Assembly: GCA_934725355.1 (NCBI GenBank)
Contig: CAKVAO010000002.1
Location: 73,714-137,713, forward strand
Direction of reading: 5' to 3'
DNA: 64,000 nt
Source: an uncultured Candidatus Saccharibacteria bacterium
Lineage (GTDB): Bacteria; Patescibacteriota; Saccharimonadia; Saccharimonadales; Saccharimonadaceae
Below, one piece after another: positions 55,696 through 64,000 of the stretch; the stretch's first letter is position 1; every line of letters starts with the position of its first letter. The position numbers and the translations under genes were made by a program. A model generated the notes under the pieces. It saw nothing but the letters and a program-made list of their open reading frames with translations, was not told the DNA's origin and made no database searches.

Positions 55696-56464
55696 TTTGA
55701 AAGTAAAATTTTTAGGTTGTGGAGCTGGCTTTAACCCAAGCTATGGCAGTAATAGCGCCTACCTGATGACGCGCGATGATGGCATGATCCTTTTAGAATG
55801 TGGTGAGCAGACCTTTGCTAGGTTAATTAATTTGCCGGATTTTCTAAAGGCTAAATACTTAACCGTCCTTCTTAGCCACACGCACAGTGACCATGCTGGC
55901 TCATTAGGTAATATGGTGATGTATAGCTACAATGTACTCCATCGCCGTGTCGTAATTGTAGCCGGCGGCATTAAACAGCGCCGTGAGATTAGACGCCTGT
56001 TAAAAGGTTTTGGTGTGGCTCGTGAATGCTATCAAATAGTTACTACATGGGGAATGTCGCATAGTTCGTGTATACATGACATTGCTCTACGTGATAGCTG
56101 TATTAATGTCGAAATGATTCGTACGCATCACGCCCCATCCCTTGCTTGCTATAATATTGAACTTTCTAGGCTAGCTGAAGGTGGCCAAGTTGACGGTCTG
56201 TTCTGGTCGGGTGATACTAATGATGGTGTACCGGCTATTGTGCGTGCTTTATGGGGATATTCGGTATATCAGGAGGCGGGCGTGCGACATAGTTCAGCGC
56301 ATGTCCAGATCCATCAATTTGATAGGACTCTAGTCGCAATAGCTGAGCACGGAAACGTATCGGCTCAGCAGCTTCGGCGAAACATTACTCTAATGCATCT
56401 AGACGGCAGACGAGCTCTTTATTATTCCGAGGTATTAGGCTACCAGACGCCGGAACTTGTCTAA
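55688..56464 (+). CDS. MBL-fold metallo-hydrolase
   Basis: HTHSDH is the HxHxDH motif. Overlaps the prmC 3' end by 8 nt. Confidence 0.75.
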   Translation: MSNLKVKFLGCGAGFNPSYGSNSAYLMTRDDGMILLECGEQTFARLINLPDFLKAKYLTVLLSHTHSDHAGSLGNMVMYSYNVLHRRVVIVAGGIKQRREIRRLLKGFGVARECYQIVTTWGMSHSSCIHDIALRDSCINVEMIRTHHAPSLACYNIELSRLAEGGQVDGLFWSGDTNDGVPAIVRALWGYSVYQEAGVRHSSAHVQIHQFDRTLVAIAEHGNVSAQQLRRNITLMHLDGRRALYYSEVLGYQTPELV

Positions 56465-56512
56465 AAGCCAGCTGTTTTATGTTAGAATGATAGCAATTAT
56501 TTGGGGGATGTT

Positions 56513-57271
56513 ATGAAGAATGAGGTGGTAATATCGGCAGAACACATCGATAAGGTTTATGGGCGGAGAGAAAACTCGTTTCGAGCCTTGACTGATATCA
56601 ATTTGCAGATTCGTCGTGGCGAGTCTGTGGCCATTGTAGGTAAGAGTGGCAGTGGTAAGTCTACTTTAACCCACATCTTGGCAACACTAGACCAGCCTAC
56701 TAAAGGCAAAATTATTATTAATGGCAAAGATTTATCAAAGTTATCGAACCGTCAGCTAAACAAGTTGCGTAATCGGTCGTTTGGTTTTGTCTTCCAACAG
56801 TTCTTTATGAACAGTCGCGACACGGTGTTAAATAACGTGATGTTGCCCATGGTGATTGCTGGAGTGCGACCGAGTGTACGCAAACACCGAGCGCTTGAAG
56901 CCTTAAAAACTGTTGAGCTAGAGGATAAAGCTAATGTTCGCGCGAACGACCTTTCTGGTGGTCAGAAGCAGCGCGTTTGTATAGCTCGCGCCATCGTTAA
57001 CAACCCTACCCTGATTTTTGCCGATGAGCCAACTGGCAATCTAGATACCGCCACGGGTGATGTGGTTGAGAACTTATTGTTTGGGCTAAATCGTGATAAA
57101 GGCATTACGCTGGTGATAGTGACACACGACCCTGAACTGGCGGCAAAATGTGATCGTCAGCTACACATTAAAGATGGTCGACTAGTGGATGCTAGCGAGG
57201 ACTATTCTCACGGCGCAGCGGTGTTACAACGGGCGAAGAATAGCGAGATTACAAATGGAGGTCGAAAATGA
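56513..57271 (+). CDS. ABC transporter ATP-binding protein (MacB/LolD/FtsE-like)
   Basis: Walker A is GKSGSGKST, the signature is LSGGQKQR and Walker B is IFADEPT. ATG 56513 lies after GGGGGA. Confidence 0.9.
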   Translation: MKNEVVISAEHIDKVYGRRENSFRALTDINLQIRRGESVAIVGKSGSGKSTLTHILATLDQPTKGKIIINGKDLSKLSNRQLNKLRNRSFGFVFQQFFMNSRDTVLNNVMLPMVIAGVRPSVRKHRALEALKTVELEDKANVRANDLSGGQKQRVCIARAIVNNPTLIFADEPTGNLDTATGDVVENLLFGLNRDKGITLVIVTHDPELAAKCDRQLHIKDGRLVDASEDYSHGAAVLQRAKNSEITNGGRK

Positions 57272-58556
57272 AATTTTACGATATGGTGCGTTTGGCTAAT
57301 GCTAGCCTGTGGCGGAACAAATCACGCACCTTGCTGACCGTGCTGGCTATCTTTGTTAGCGCTTTTACTATAATTATGACCACTGGCATTAATATGGGTG
57401 TCAATGATTACATCGATCGACAAGTTGCTTCGGTTGGCGCTAAAGGGTATCTACAGGTTATGCAAAAGGCAACTGCCGATAAGACGACGTCGCTTATGGG
57501 TGGCAGTAATGACGTGCAGGAATATACGGATAGTACAACTAGTCATTCGACTACTATGACACAGGTGGATATCGATAAAATTCGCAAAGTTAAGGGTATT
57601 AAGAGCGCAAAAATTATAAGACGGCCAGTAGTGACTATGTGTCACTCGGTGGAGACAATAAAAAGTATAAGTTTAACGTGATGATCCTGCCGACTGAGAG
57701 TATTCATTTGGATTTGGCTGCTGGGCGCAATGTCGACATGAATAGTGATCAGGCAGAGCTGGTCTTGCCGGATAAATACCTATCTGCACTTGGCTTTAAC
57801 TCGGCAAAGTCTGCGTTAGGTAAAGAGGTAAAGATTGGCGCGACTGCCTCGGTAACCAAGCAGCATGATGAAGTAACTATGAAAATTGTAGGCGTGCAGA
57901 ACGAGAGCGTGGTCGGCTTTGGCTCGGGTTGGATTAATGACGCCGCTGGTCAGGCGATTAATAATATTGTGATGGCGGGAATGCCAGATGAGTATCGCAA
58001 CCAATCCTATGAGGTGGTAGCACAGTTAGAGGCTGGTTATTACGATCGTGCTGATGAGGTAAAGGACGAGCTAAAGGAAATGGGCTACACCGCCATGACT
58101 TTGGACGATAGTATTTCGATGATGAAGTCATTCTTTAATGCTATTACTACAGTGCTAACAATTTTTGGCGCAATTGCTCTGGTGGCGGCTTCGATTGGCG
58201 TCATTAACACGCTATACATGGCAGTACAAGAACGTACACGCGAGATTGGACTACAGAAATCAATGGGACTTAGTAGTGGCAAGGTTTTTGGTATGTTCAG
58301 CTTGGAGGCAATTGCACTTGGTTTTTGGGGTGGCATATTTGCAGTTTTAGCGGCATATATAGCTAAAGCCATTGTTAATCCACTGGCCTCTAATACATTC
58401 TTAGCTGGCCTGCATGGTTTTACGCTCGTTGTTTTTAGTCCAGTGTATCTTGTTTTGACAGTAGTAATGGTAATGCTGATTGCCTTCCTTGCCGGTACGC
58501 TACCTGCCCGGCGTGCTGCTAGTAAAGATCCAATTGAAGCCCTGAGATACGAGTAA
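57268..58556 (+). pseudogene. FtsX/MacB-type ABC permease split by a frameshift at an A5 run (ORFs 57268-57681 and 57639-58556)
   Basis: The N-terminal TM and periplasmic domain are in frame 1. The rest of the periplasmic domain and the FtsX 3-TM bundle (LQKSMGLSSGKVF...) are in another frame. Hand-inserting one A at 57609-57613 joins them (GIKSAKNYKTASSDYVSLGGDNKKYKF). Confidence 0.85.
57609..57613 (+). repeat. A5 homopolymer at the permease frameshift
   Basis: Direct count in gcAAAAAtt. Confidence 0.9.
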
Positions 58557-58610
58557 TTAATCACATGATCATTTGGTCTGCGTGATTAGAGGCTAACAAA
58601 TCTGATTACA

Positions 58611-58658
58611 GCTAGGACATGTGCTAGGACATGTGCTAGGACATGTGCTAGGACATGT
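58611..58658. repeat. 4 x 12-bp perfect tandem repeat (GCTAGGACATGT), intergenic
   Basis: Direct reading. Lies between convergent genes ending at 58556 and 58663. Confidence 0.95.
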
Positions 58659-58662
58659 TGGA

Positions 58663-59562
58663 TTAGTTAGTAGTCTTGTTGTGGCTTGATTTATTAAAGC
58701 CGATTGCGTATGCAGCTAAAGGTAGCACAAAAGTGAAGCCAAGTGGAGTCAGAATATCAGCTAGGCGACTCCACTGTAACGATTCGCCAAAGAAAATAAT
58801 GCTGTATAAAATAGCAACAATTACCATGCCGATCACAAACATTGATACAAGCGACATTTGTGTGTAAATGCGTGCCGCAGAGATATGTAACTTCTTCGGC
58901 AGACGCATGGTAAATCGACCAACTAAGCGCCCTTTGACTAGATAGCTCAGTGTCATTACGGCAATAGTGACGCACTCGCCTACCGTGATAAATACTGGAT
59001 ATGTCGCAAGGATACCATCATGTGGCAGCCATAATGTTGATAGAACAGATAGACTTAGAACTAACAATATAACTATATCGACTGACATTAACTTTAGGGC
59101 GAGAGCTAGATTCTCGTTCATTCGGTCTTTGAATAACGCTGCACGCTTTGCGCGCGGTAAGTGTGCTAGGCCTAAAGCATACATTGCTAACATGGGTAGA
59201 CACATCGTAGTCGCTACTGACAAGCTGGTCAGTATGATTGACATGAAGTTAAGCTTGGCATCGGTATGTAGGACAAAATGATCTAAATATAGTGCAACTG
59301 CACCAAGTGCAAACACGCCAGGCCACAGAAACCACAAATGGCTGGTCTTATCCGCGTAATATCGCATGGCATCGCGGTCGTTCTTTGGCGCTAGCTTGTT
59401 TAGACTGTGTCCAATGCTGTAGTTTACGATCATGCCTATAATAACAATGGTCACGCATACATATAGTGGCGCACTGTAGCCAGTAAATATTGCTAACACT
59501 ATAGCTAACGCTAGATTGACAACACTGTTGATTGCAACTAAATAATTTTTATTTTTACTCAT
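58663..59562 (-). CDS. polytopic membrane protein (about 8 TM), function unknown
   Basis: 299 aa. A distant paralogue of the upstream gene (YLVKGRLV versus YFIKGKVI loop). Confidence 0.6.
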   Translation of the reverse strand: MSKNKNYLVAINSVVNLALAIVLAIFTGYSAPLYVCVTIVIIGMIVNYSIGHSLNKLAPKNDRDAMRYYADKTSHLWFLWPGVFALGAVALYLDHFVLHTDAKLNFMSIILTSLSVATTMCLPMLAMYALGLAHLPRAKRAALFKDRMNENLALALKLMSVDIVILLVLSLSVLSTLWLPHDGILATYPVFITVGECVTIAVMTLSYLVKGRLVGRFTMRLPKKLHISAARIYTQMSLVSMFVIGMVIVAILYSIIFFGESLQWSRLADILTPLGFTFVLPLAAYAIGFNKSSHNKTTN

Positions 59563-59569
59563 ACTCTAT

Positions 59570-59578
59570 ATTTTAGCA
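59570..59578 (-). promoter_or_regulatory. extended -10 (TGcTAAAAT) 7 nt upstream of ATG 59562
   Basis: Minus strand reads tTGTGcTAAAATatagagtATG. Confidence 0.5.
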
Positions 59579-59613
59579 CAAGCGCTGTGATTGATATAGT
59601 AGAAATGAGGCTA

Positions 59614-60540
59614 CTAGTCCTTCTTGAACAATTTCAATCCGGCCGTTAATGTCAGTAGAGATAGAAATAGCGATGAGATAACTACAATCAAGATACCGAT
59701 GTTATCTAGACTGATTACACTTAGTAAAGTTCGATACCATAATGGCGTGGTTGACTGAACAGCGCTGACATACAGGCAATTCATCACGACATATAATATT
59801 GCTGACAGAATGGTCAATCCTATGATAACTGAACGCGTTAATTGTCGTGTAGCAGCTGGCCGTACGCGTTTAATTAGATTGGCCTCTGAAATAACCTTGC
59901 CTTTTATAAAATAGCCGATAGCCATTGCTAACCCTGCTATTCCACCCGTGGCTAATGCATAATCTGCGCGGTTAGCATTGTTACCCGACGTAGAATCACC
60001 ACTGTATAACACGGCTGCTACTGACGTGATAGCTACAATTAACACTATTATTCCGTTAATCAGCATAACCTTGCGGTTGACGGCCTTAGTTATATCGGCG
60101 TATTTAGCTAGGCTGGCGTGTTCTTTCTTATCTAGACACGTGGCAGTCAGCGCGTAGAAGCCCATTATCAGTGCGCTAATTATCATGCCGACGCATGGGC
60201 CGGTAGCCATGGTGTATAGCGGGCTGTTAATACTAGAGTAATTGGGCGTCAAGATTGATATAGCGATAGATATAACGCCACCCAATACAACAGCGCCAAT
60301 CATATTGTATGCAATAAATACACCTGTCGAATCAATTGAACCGTTACGGTCACGCATATTGCCAGAAATAGTTCGCATGTTGACGACGTTACCTACGGTA
60401 GCATTGACTATTAACATAACTACTAGTGGCAACCATGTTACATACCATGCTGGATTATGAATAGCGATCGCTAAGCATGTGCCAAATACGATCATGTTGG
60501 TAAAGAATAATATATGTTGTGATTTTACAAAACGGTTCAT
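59614..60540 (-). CDS. polytopic membrane protein (about 8 TM), function unknown
   Basis: 308 aa. AGAGGG SD is present. Starts 11 nt after the phosphorylase stop. Confidence 0.6.
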   Translation of the reverse strand: MNRFVKSQHILFFTNMIVFGTCLAIAIHNPAWYVTWLPLVVMLIVNATVGNVVNMRTISGNMRDRNGSIDSTGVFIAYNMIGAVVLGGVISIAISILTPNYSSINSPLYTMATGPCVGMIISALIMGFYALTATCLDKKEHASLAKYADITKAVNRKVMLINGIIVLIVAITSVAAVLYSGDSTSGNNANRADYALATGGIAGLAMAIGYFIKGKVISEANLIKRVRPAATRQLTRSVIIGLTILSAILYVVMNCLYVSAVQSTTPLWYRTLLSVISLDNIGILIVVISSLFLSLLTLTAGLKLFKKD

Positions 60541-60551
60541 TGTAGCCCTCT

Positions 60552-62324
60552 CTAGCTGTTATTAGGCTGATGGAATAGATAGCGCAGATAATCACGCACC
60601 ATTCGGCTGCCACTGATTATTGGTAGATAAGCCGACAAGACTTTAGCTACTTCGGTTGCCCAAGCTTGGTCGTCGTGCCAAATTGCTGCTGCATTGCGCA
60701 TCTGTTCGTATAGCGAAGTGATCTCGGCTTTATAATCCTTGCCGTGAACGATTAATGCTACCGATGGGCTAATATCTGCAACACCACCATCGTTTGTCGA
60801 AACTAGCAAATCTAGGTTACCCAGATCTTTCATGAATGAAGTGCCGCAGGCTTCTAGCCCTACCACTGGGACATTAATTGATATGTCAGAACCCACACTC
60901 ATAGCCTTGGCTAGTGATTCGTCGTAATCGGTAATATAATGCACGCGTTCACGCAGTACGGGGTCGTCAGTGATTTTATGCAGCATAACCTGTAGTCGGT
61001 CGTATGTTGTGTCACCTACACCTACATTACCTGCCATCATGCCAGCCATAATGTAGTGAGCATTGTTCTCTAATAGAATTTGCTTTAGCTGGTCAATGTC
61101 TTCGAATGGCATCCACGGTCGTTTATAGGCAACAAAGCGACGCTTGAAATCAAACAACAGTGCGTCCTCTGGTATCTGGATGATGTCACCATATTGATCG
61201 CGGCGATGACTGAGCTCGCGGTTTAGATGCTGGCGACCTAGGCGCTTAAACTGGCGTAGCTTGGCAACTTCATTTTTGAATACATCAGCAATAACAGCCT
61301 TGTAATCTTCGCCTGGCATGTTGAACTTATTGATGATGCCATTTTCGCGGTAGAACTGGAGGATTTCCGGCTGCAACCAGGTATCCAAATGAATGCCATT
61401 AGTAATGGCGGTGAAGTCAACCTTCTCGCCTGAAATATCGTGATAATCAGCTACACGTGCGTGCAACTTCGCTACGCCGTTCTTTGCTTCGGCCAGCTCA
61501 ATCGTAAGGCTGCTCAGCTTGATTCGGCCGTTACTGAACATACTGCTGATAAAGTGCCGTAAGGCAGGTGATTTTACATTCGGGAATATATATTTTTGGA
61601 ACTGATCGTAGCTGAATTCCGATTCTGCTGCCTGCACCAATGTGTGGTTAGTGTATAGTGTGTGCTTGCGTACGTAGACGATGGCCTCGTATAAATCCAT
61701 GCCATTTGTACATAACTCATCTAGTCTAGCAATTGCTGCAAAAACTGTAGCAGTTTCGTTTAGCTGCATTACAGCGGGCTTTAAATGTAACATTTTTAGT
61801 GCAGAATAACCACCGAAGCCTAAGCTAGACATCTGATATAAACGGTGTTCGCTTGATGGATCGCCTGCGTACAATGGGCCGAAGTGCTCTTCAGTCATGC
61901 ATACCAGCATGGTCGAGCCTAGCTGCTTGCGATAAATGTCTAATTGAGTGTCGGGCTGACCATTAACTCGCAGAGGCGTAGAGCCAACTTTGGTAAAGCC
62001 CTCGGTCTCAGGTGTTTTGGTAATATAGTCAAAACGCGGAACTAGACCATCCATGTGCTGGTGTCGCTCTTCCCTGTAAAATGGCGTTAGGACGACGAAA
62101 GGAATTTCTAGATCCTCAGCACAACGTCTAGTGTCAGCGGCTAATACCCCTAACCCACCAGCACCGCGAATGCCGTTTTTAATATCATAAATCTCCATTG
62201 TCGTATAGACATATGGTCGATCATAACTAATTTTATGTATTAACGAGCGTCGGTCGATTGCACGGTAAAATTCCGACACTTCCTCAATTGATGGATGATT
62301 CTCTATATGTTCCTGCCCACTCAT
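60552..62324 (-). CDS. glgP: alpha-glucan phosphorylase (GT35, short type)
   Basis: GGLGVLAADTRR and the PLP-Lys motif EACGTSFMKD. 590 aa. Confidence 0.85.
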   Translation of the reverse strand: MSGQEHIENHPSIEEVSEFYRAIDRRSLIHKISYDRPYVYTTMEIYDIKNGIRGAGGLGVLAADTRRCAEDLEIPFVVLTPFYREERHQHMDGLVPRFDYITKTPETEGFTKVGSTPLRVNGQPDTQLDIYRKQLGSTMLVCMTEEHFGPLYAGDPSSEHRLYQMSSLGFGGYSALKMLHLKPAVMQLNETATVFAAIARLDELCTNGMDLYEAIVYVRKHTLYTNHTLVQAAESEFSYDQFQKYIFPNVKSPALRHFISSMFSNGRIKLSSLTIELAEAKNGVAKLHARVADYHDISGEKVDFTAITNGIHLDTWLQPEILQFYRENGIINKFNMPGEDYKAVIADVFKNEVAKLRQFKRLGRQHLNRELSHRRDQYGDIIQIPEDALLFDFKRRFVAYKRPWMPFEDIDQLKQILLENNAHYIMAGMMAGNVGVGDTTYDRLQVMLHKITDDPVLRERVHYITDYDESLAKAMSVGSDISINVPVVGLEACGTSFMKDLGNLDLLVSTNDGGVADISPSVALIVHGKDYKAEITSLYEQMRNAAAIWHDDQAWATEVAKVLSAYLPIISGSRMVRDYLRYLFHQPNNS

Positions 62325-62418
62325 AACTAGATATATATTAACAAACTAATGCTTATATTTCAAATAGAATGCCCCGCCCTGACTAGCAGAGCGAGGCGAG
62401 GATTTATTGATGAGGCTA

Positions 62419-63405
62419 TCATTGCGGCAATTTGCGTGCTGATAGTACACCGCAGACTCCAAGGACGCCAACTTCGCAGATACGGTAAACTAACACTGCA
62501 AATATCACCGTATTAAGTGGCAACGTTAGGCAGTTGTATAGCAAAAATATCATAACTGCACCGCGAATTAATATACCCGCTGGCAGCATTGACATGTAGC
62601 CTGCTAACGTTGAAACCGCTATCGCCATTAAGATGGTTGGTATCTGGTAAAATATGTCAGTTGACGCACCAAATGTGAATAGCAATAGTACCAACGTAAT
62701 CAAGCGTAGCATCCAAACCATGATCATCAGCACCCAATTGTTCAGCTGACGAAATTGAATTGCCTGTGACCAAGCTTGAATGATTGTTGGCGTATCGGAA
62801 TCTTCACATCCAATAGCCTCGGCAAACACAATAATAATCAGCACTAAACCTGACATCGTAGCTATAATGGTATTATCAGTATAGTGGCCAGTAATGCCCA
62901 TATCGTATAACTTTTTCGTAGCTATGCTGAACACAAATAGCATGGTTAACAGGATTTTACCACTGCAAATTAAACGCATGTACATCAGTAAACACCCGTC
63001 GTTTGCGCGGTGGTTGGGTAATTTGTCGATTTGCTTCGTATAATATTCGCGCTCACGCCAACCCATATTTGTATGACGTATACCATAGATATAACTACCC
63101 ATGTGAATACGAATTGACTTGAACTTGTCGAGCTTAAACCGTCTGATACCTGTTTTGTGATCACTGCGCGTGTCTCTGCTCTGCCAATTGGTAAACGTTA
63201 GACCAACCAGACAGTTACTGAAAAATGGCGTTAAAAGCGCTAGGACTAAACTAATAACACCAAGCCGCAATGATGCTAGGTGTAGTGGAATATGACTATC
63301 GTATCTTCTATAACAATACCACAGTAATACTACTGAAATAACGAGTCCTGTCAAACGTGCTTCAATGCGCATCTGACGATGCGGTGCGTGAATCAAACCA
63401 CTCAT
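62419..63405 (-). CDS. polytopic membrane protein, UPF0104/LPG-synthase-TM-like (flippase-like) candidate
   Basis: Start is set at MSGLIH (ATG 63405), 5 nt after GGAGG. C-terminal MLPAGILIRGAVM...VLVYRICE resembles the UPF0104 signature. Confidence 0.45.
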   Translation of the reverse strand: MSGLIHAPHRQMRIEARLTGLVISVVLLWYCYRRYDSHIPLHLASLRLGVISLVLALLTPFFSNCLVGLTFTNWQSRDTRSDHKTGIRRFKLDKFKSIRIHMGSYIYGIRHTNMGWREREYYTKQIDKLPNHRANDGCLLMYMRLICSGKILLTMLFVFSIATKKLYDMGITGHYTDNTIIATMSGLVLIIIVFAEAIGCEDSDTPTIIQAWSQAIQFRQLNNWVLMIMVWMLRLITLVLLLFTFGASTDIFYQIPTILMAIAVSTLAGYMSMLPAGILIRGAVMIFLLYNCLTLPLNTVIFAVLVYRICEVGVLGVCGVLSARKLPQ

Positions 63406-63584
63406 TTTCGCCTCCAAACCTAAAAAGGACTGAACTGTGAATTAGCTATGTACTTTAACGCGACACCTTTATGACACTGCTAAACACAAGCTCTAATAAG
63501 TATTTTATAATGTTTGCAATGTACTGTCAAATATGTCAAATTGTACAACCACTGCTATGGCTATAGCTGGCTGTATTTAAACTT

Positions 63585-63610
63585 AAAAATGCCACCGCAT
63601 GAGCGGTGGC
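63585..63610 (-). terminator. rho-independent terminator
   Basis: Minus strand reads GCCACCGC-tcat-GCGGTGGC followed by ATTTTT. Confidence 0.8.
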
Positions 63611-63648
63611 AGGTGCAGATATATTAGTATTCTAATCTAGGTAATGTG

Positions 63649-64000
63649 TTAGCTATTTTTCTTGCTATCCTCCCTTGCAAAGAAGTTGGCGATGGCTAGT
63701 TCGACCTTCTGAATGGTCGCTAAATACTTTTTGGTGTCCTCATCACTGTTAATAATGCTAGTCAACCGCCGTTTAGCCGGGTCTTCGACAACATAGAATT
63801 TAATACATGGGTCTAGCCCAGAACGATCCGACAAGACTTCGTATGGTCCGTATACACCGTCGAGGCTGTCGACTTGTTGCATTAGGCGTTGTGCCTGACT
63901 CTTTGGCTTTGGCTGACTAGAGATACCATAGCTCAGCGTGGAGTTGTCGCCAACTGCTTTATCGCCGTCAGAACGCACAACGTCAATGCGTGATGATGTA
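63649..64000 (-). CDS. hypothetical protein, C-terminal part (frame stays open to the window end)
   Basis: The ORF track starts at GTG 63978, but the frame has no stop up to position 64000. No motif recognised. Confidence 0.5.
   Translation of the reverse strand, partial: TSSRIDVVRSDGDKAVGDNSTLSYGISSQPKPKSQAQRLMQQVDSLDGVYGPYEVLSDRSGLDPCIKFYVVEDPAKRRLTSIINSDEDTKKYLATIQKVELAIANFFAREDSKKNS

Noticed and set aside
58611-58658. Tandem 12-mers as a mini-CRISPR array
   Set aside because: The units are contiguous with no spacers and are far shorter than CRISPR repeats. No cas genes are present in the window.

Overview
This is a chromosomal 64-kb segment, about 90% coding, from a small-genome monoderm-type bacterium. 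Housekeeping genes dominate. They include a secE-nusG-rplK-rplA ... rplJ-rplL cluster (rpmG and tRNA-Trp lie elsewhere), replication genes (dnaB, dnaX, holB, recR, ybaB), cysS and trpS. Cell-wall genes are a class A PBP, an LD-carboxypeptidase, an NlpC/P60 hydrolase and DUF368. An alpha-glucan/glycogen gene set comprises a GT4/5 synthase-GH57-GH15 operon, a pullulanase and a GT35 phosphorylase. There is also a MacB-type ABC exporter, one orphan histidine kinase and many uncharacterised membrane proteins. Six tRNA genes are present (Leu-UAG, Arg-CCU, Trp-CCA, Thr-GGU, Tyr-GUA, Thr-UGU), all with encoded CCA. The gene content and the extended ribosomal proteins are what I would expect of a Saccharibacteria/Patescibacteria-like genome, but that is inference only. 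I saw no rRNA, CRISPR array, integrase or transposase. The clearly accessory part is the first 7.7 kb, a Type I R-M locus (hsdM, hsdS, DUF559 nuclease cassette, hsdR) next to tRNA-Leu. Its hsdS carries two simple-sequence contingency elements: a G8 tract that splits the gene, and a 3 x 12-bp TALQ repeat in the spacer-setting helix. The DUF559 gene sits between two 121-bp direct repeats packed with GGTA-loop hairpins and has its own promoter. Other points worth a second look: a recurrent TGnTAnAAT-N6/7-ATG (leaderless) promoter architecture; a divergent RelA/SpoT-like protein inserted into the ribosomal-protein cluster; a 110-aa N-terminal extension on L1; a poly-Asp/Ser protein; a perfect 24-bp palindrome guarding an orphan gene; a second homopolymer frameshift (A5) in the ABC permease; and a 4 x 12-bp intergenic tandem repeat. 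All functional calls rest on motifs recognised by eye in the supplied translations. No database search or structure prediction was possible.
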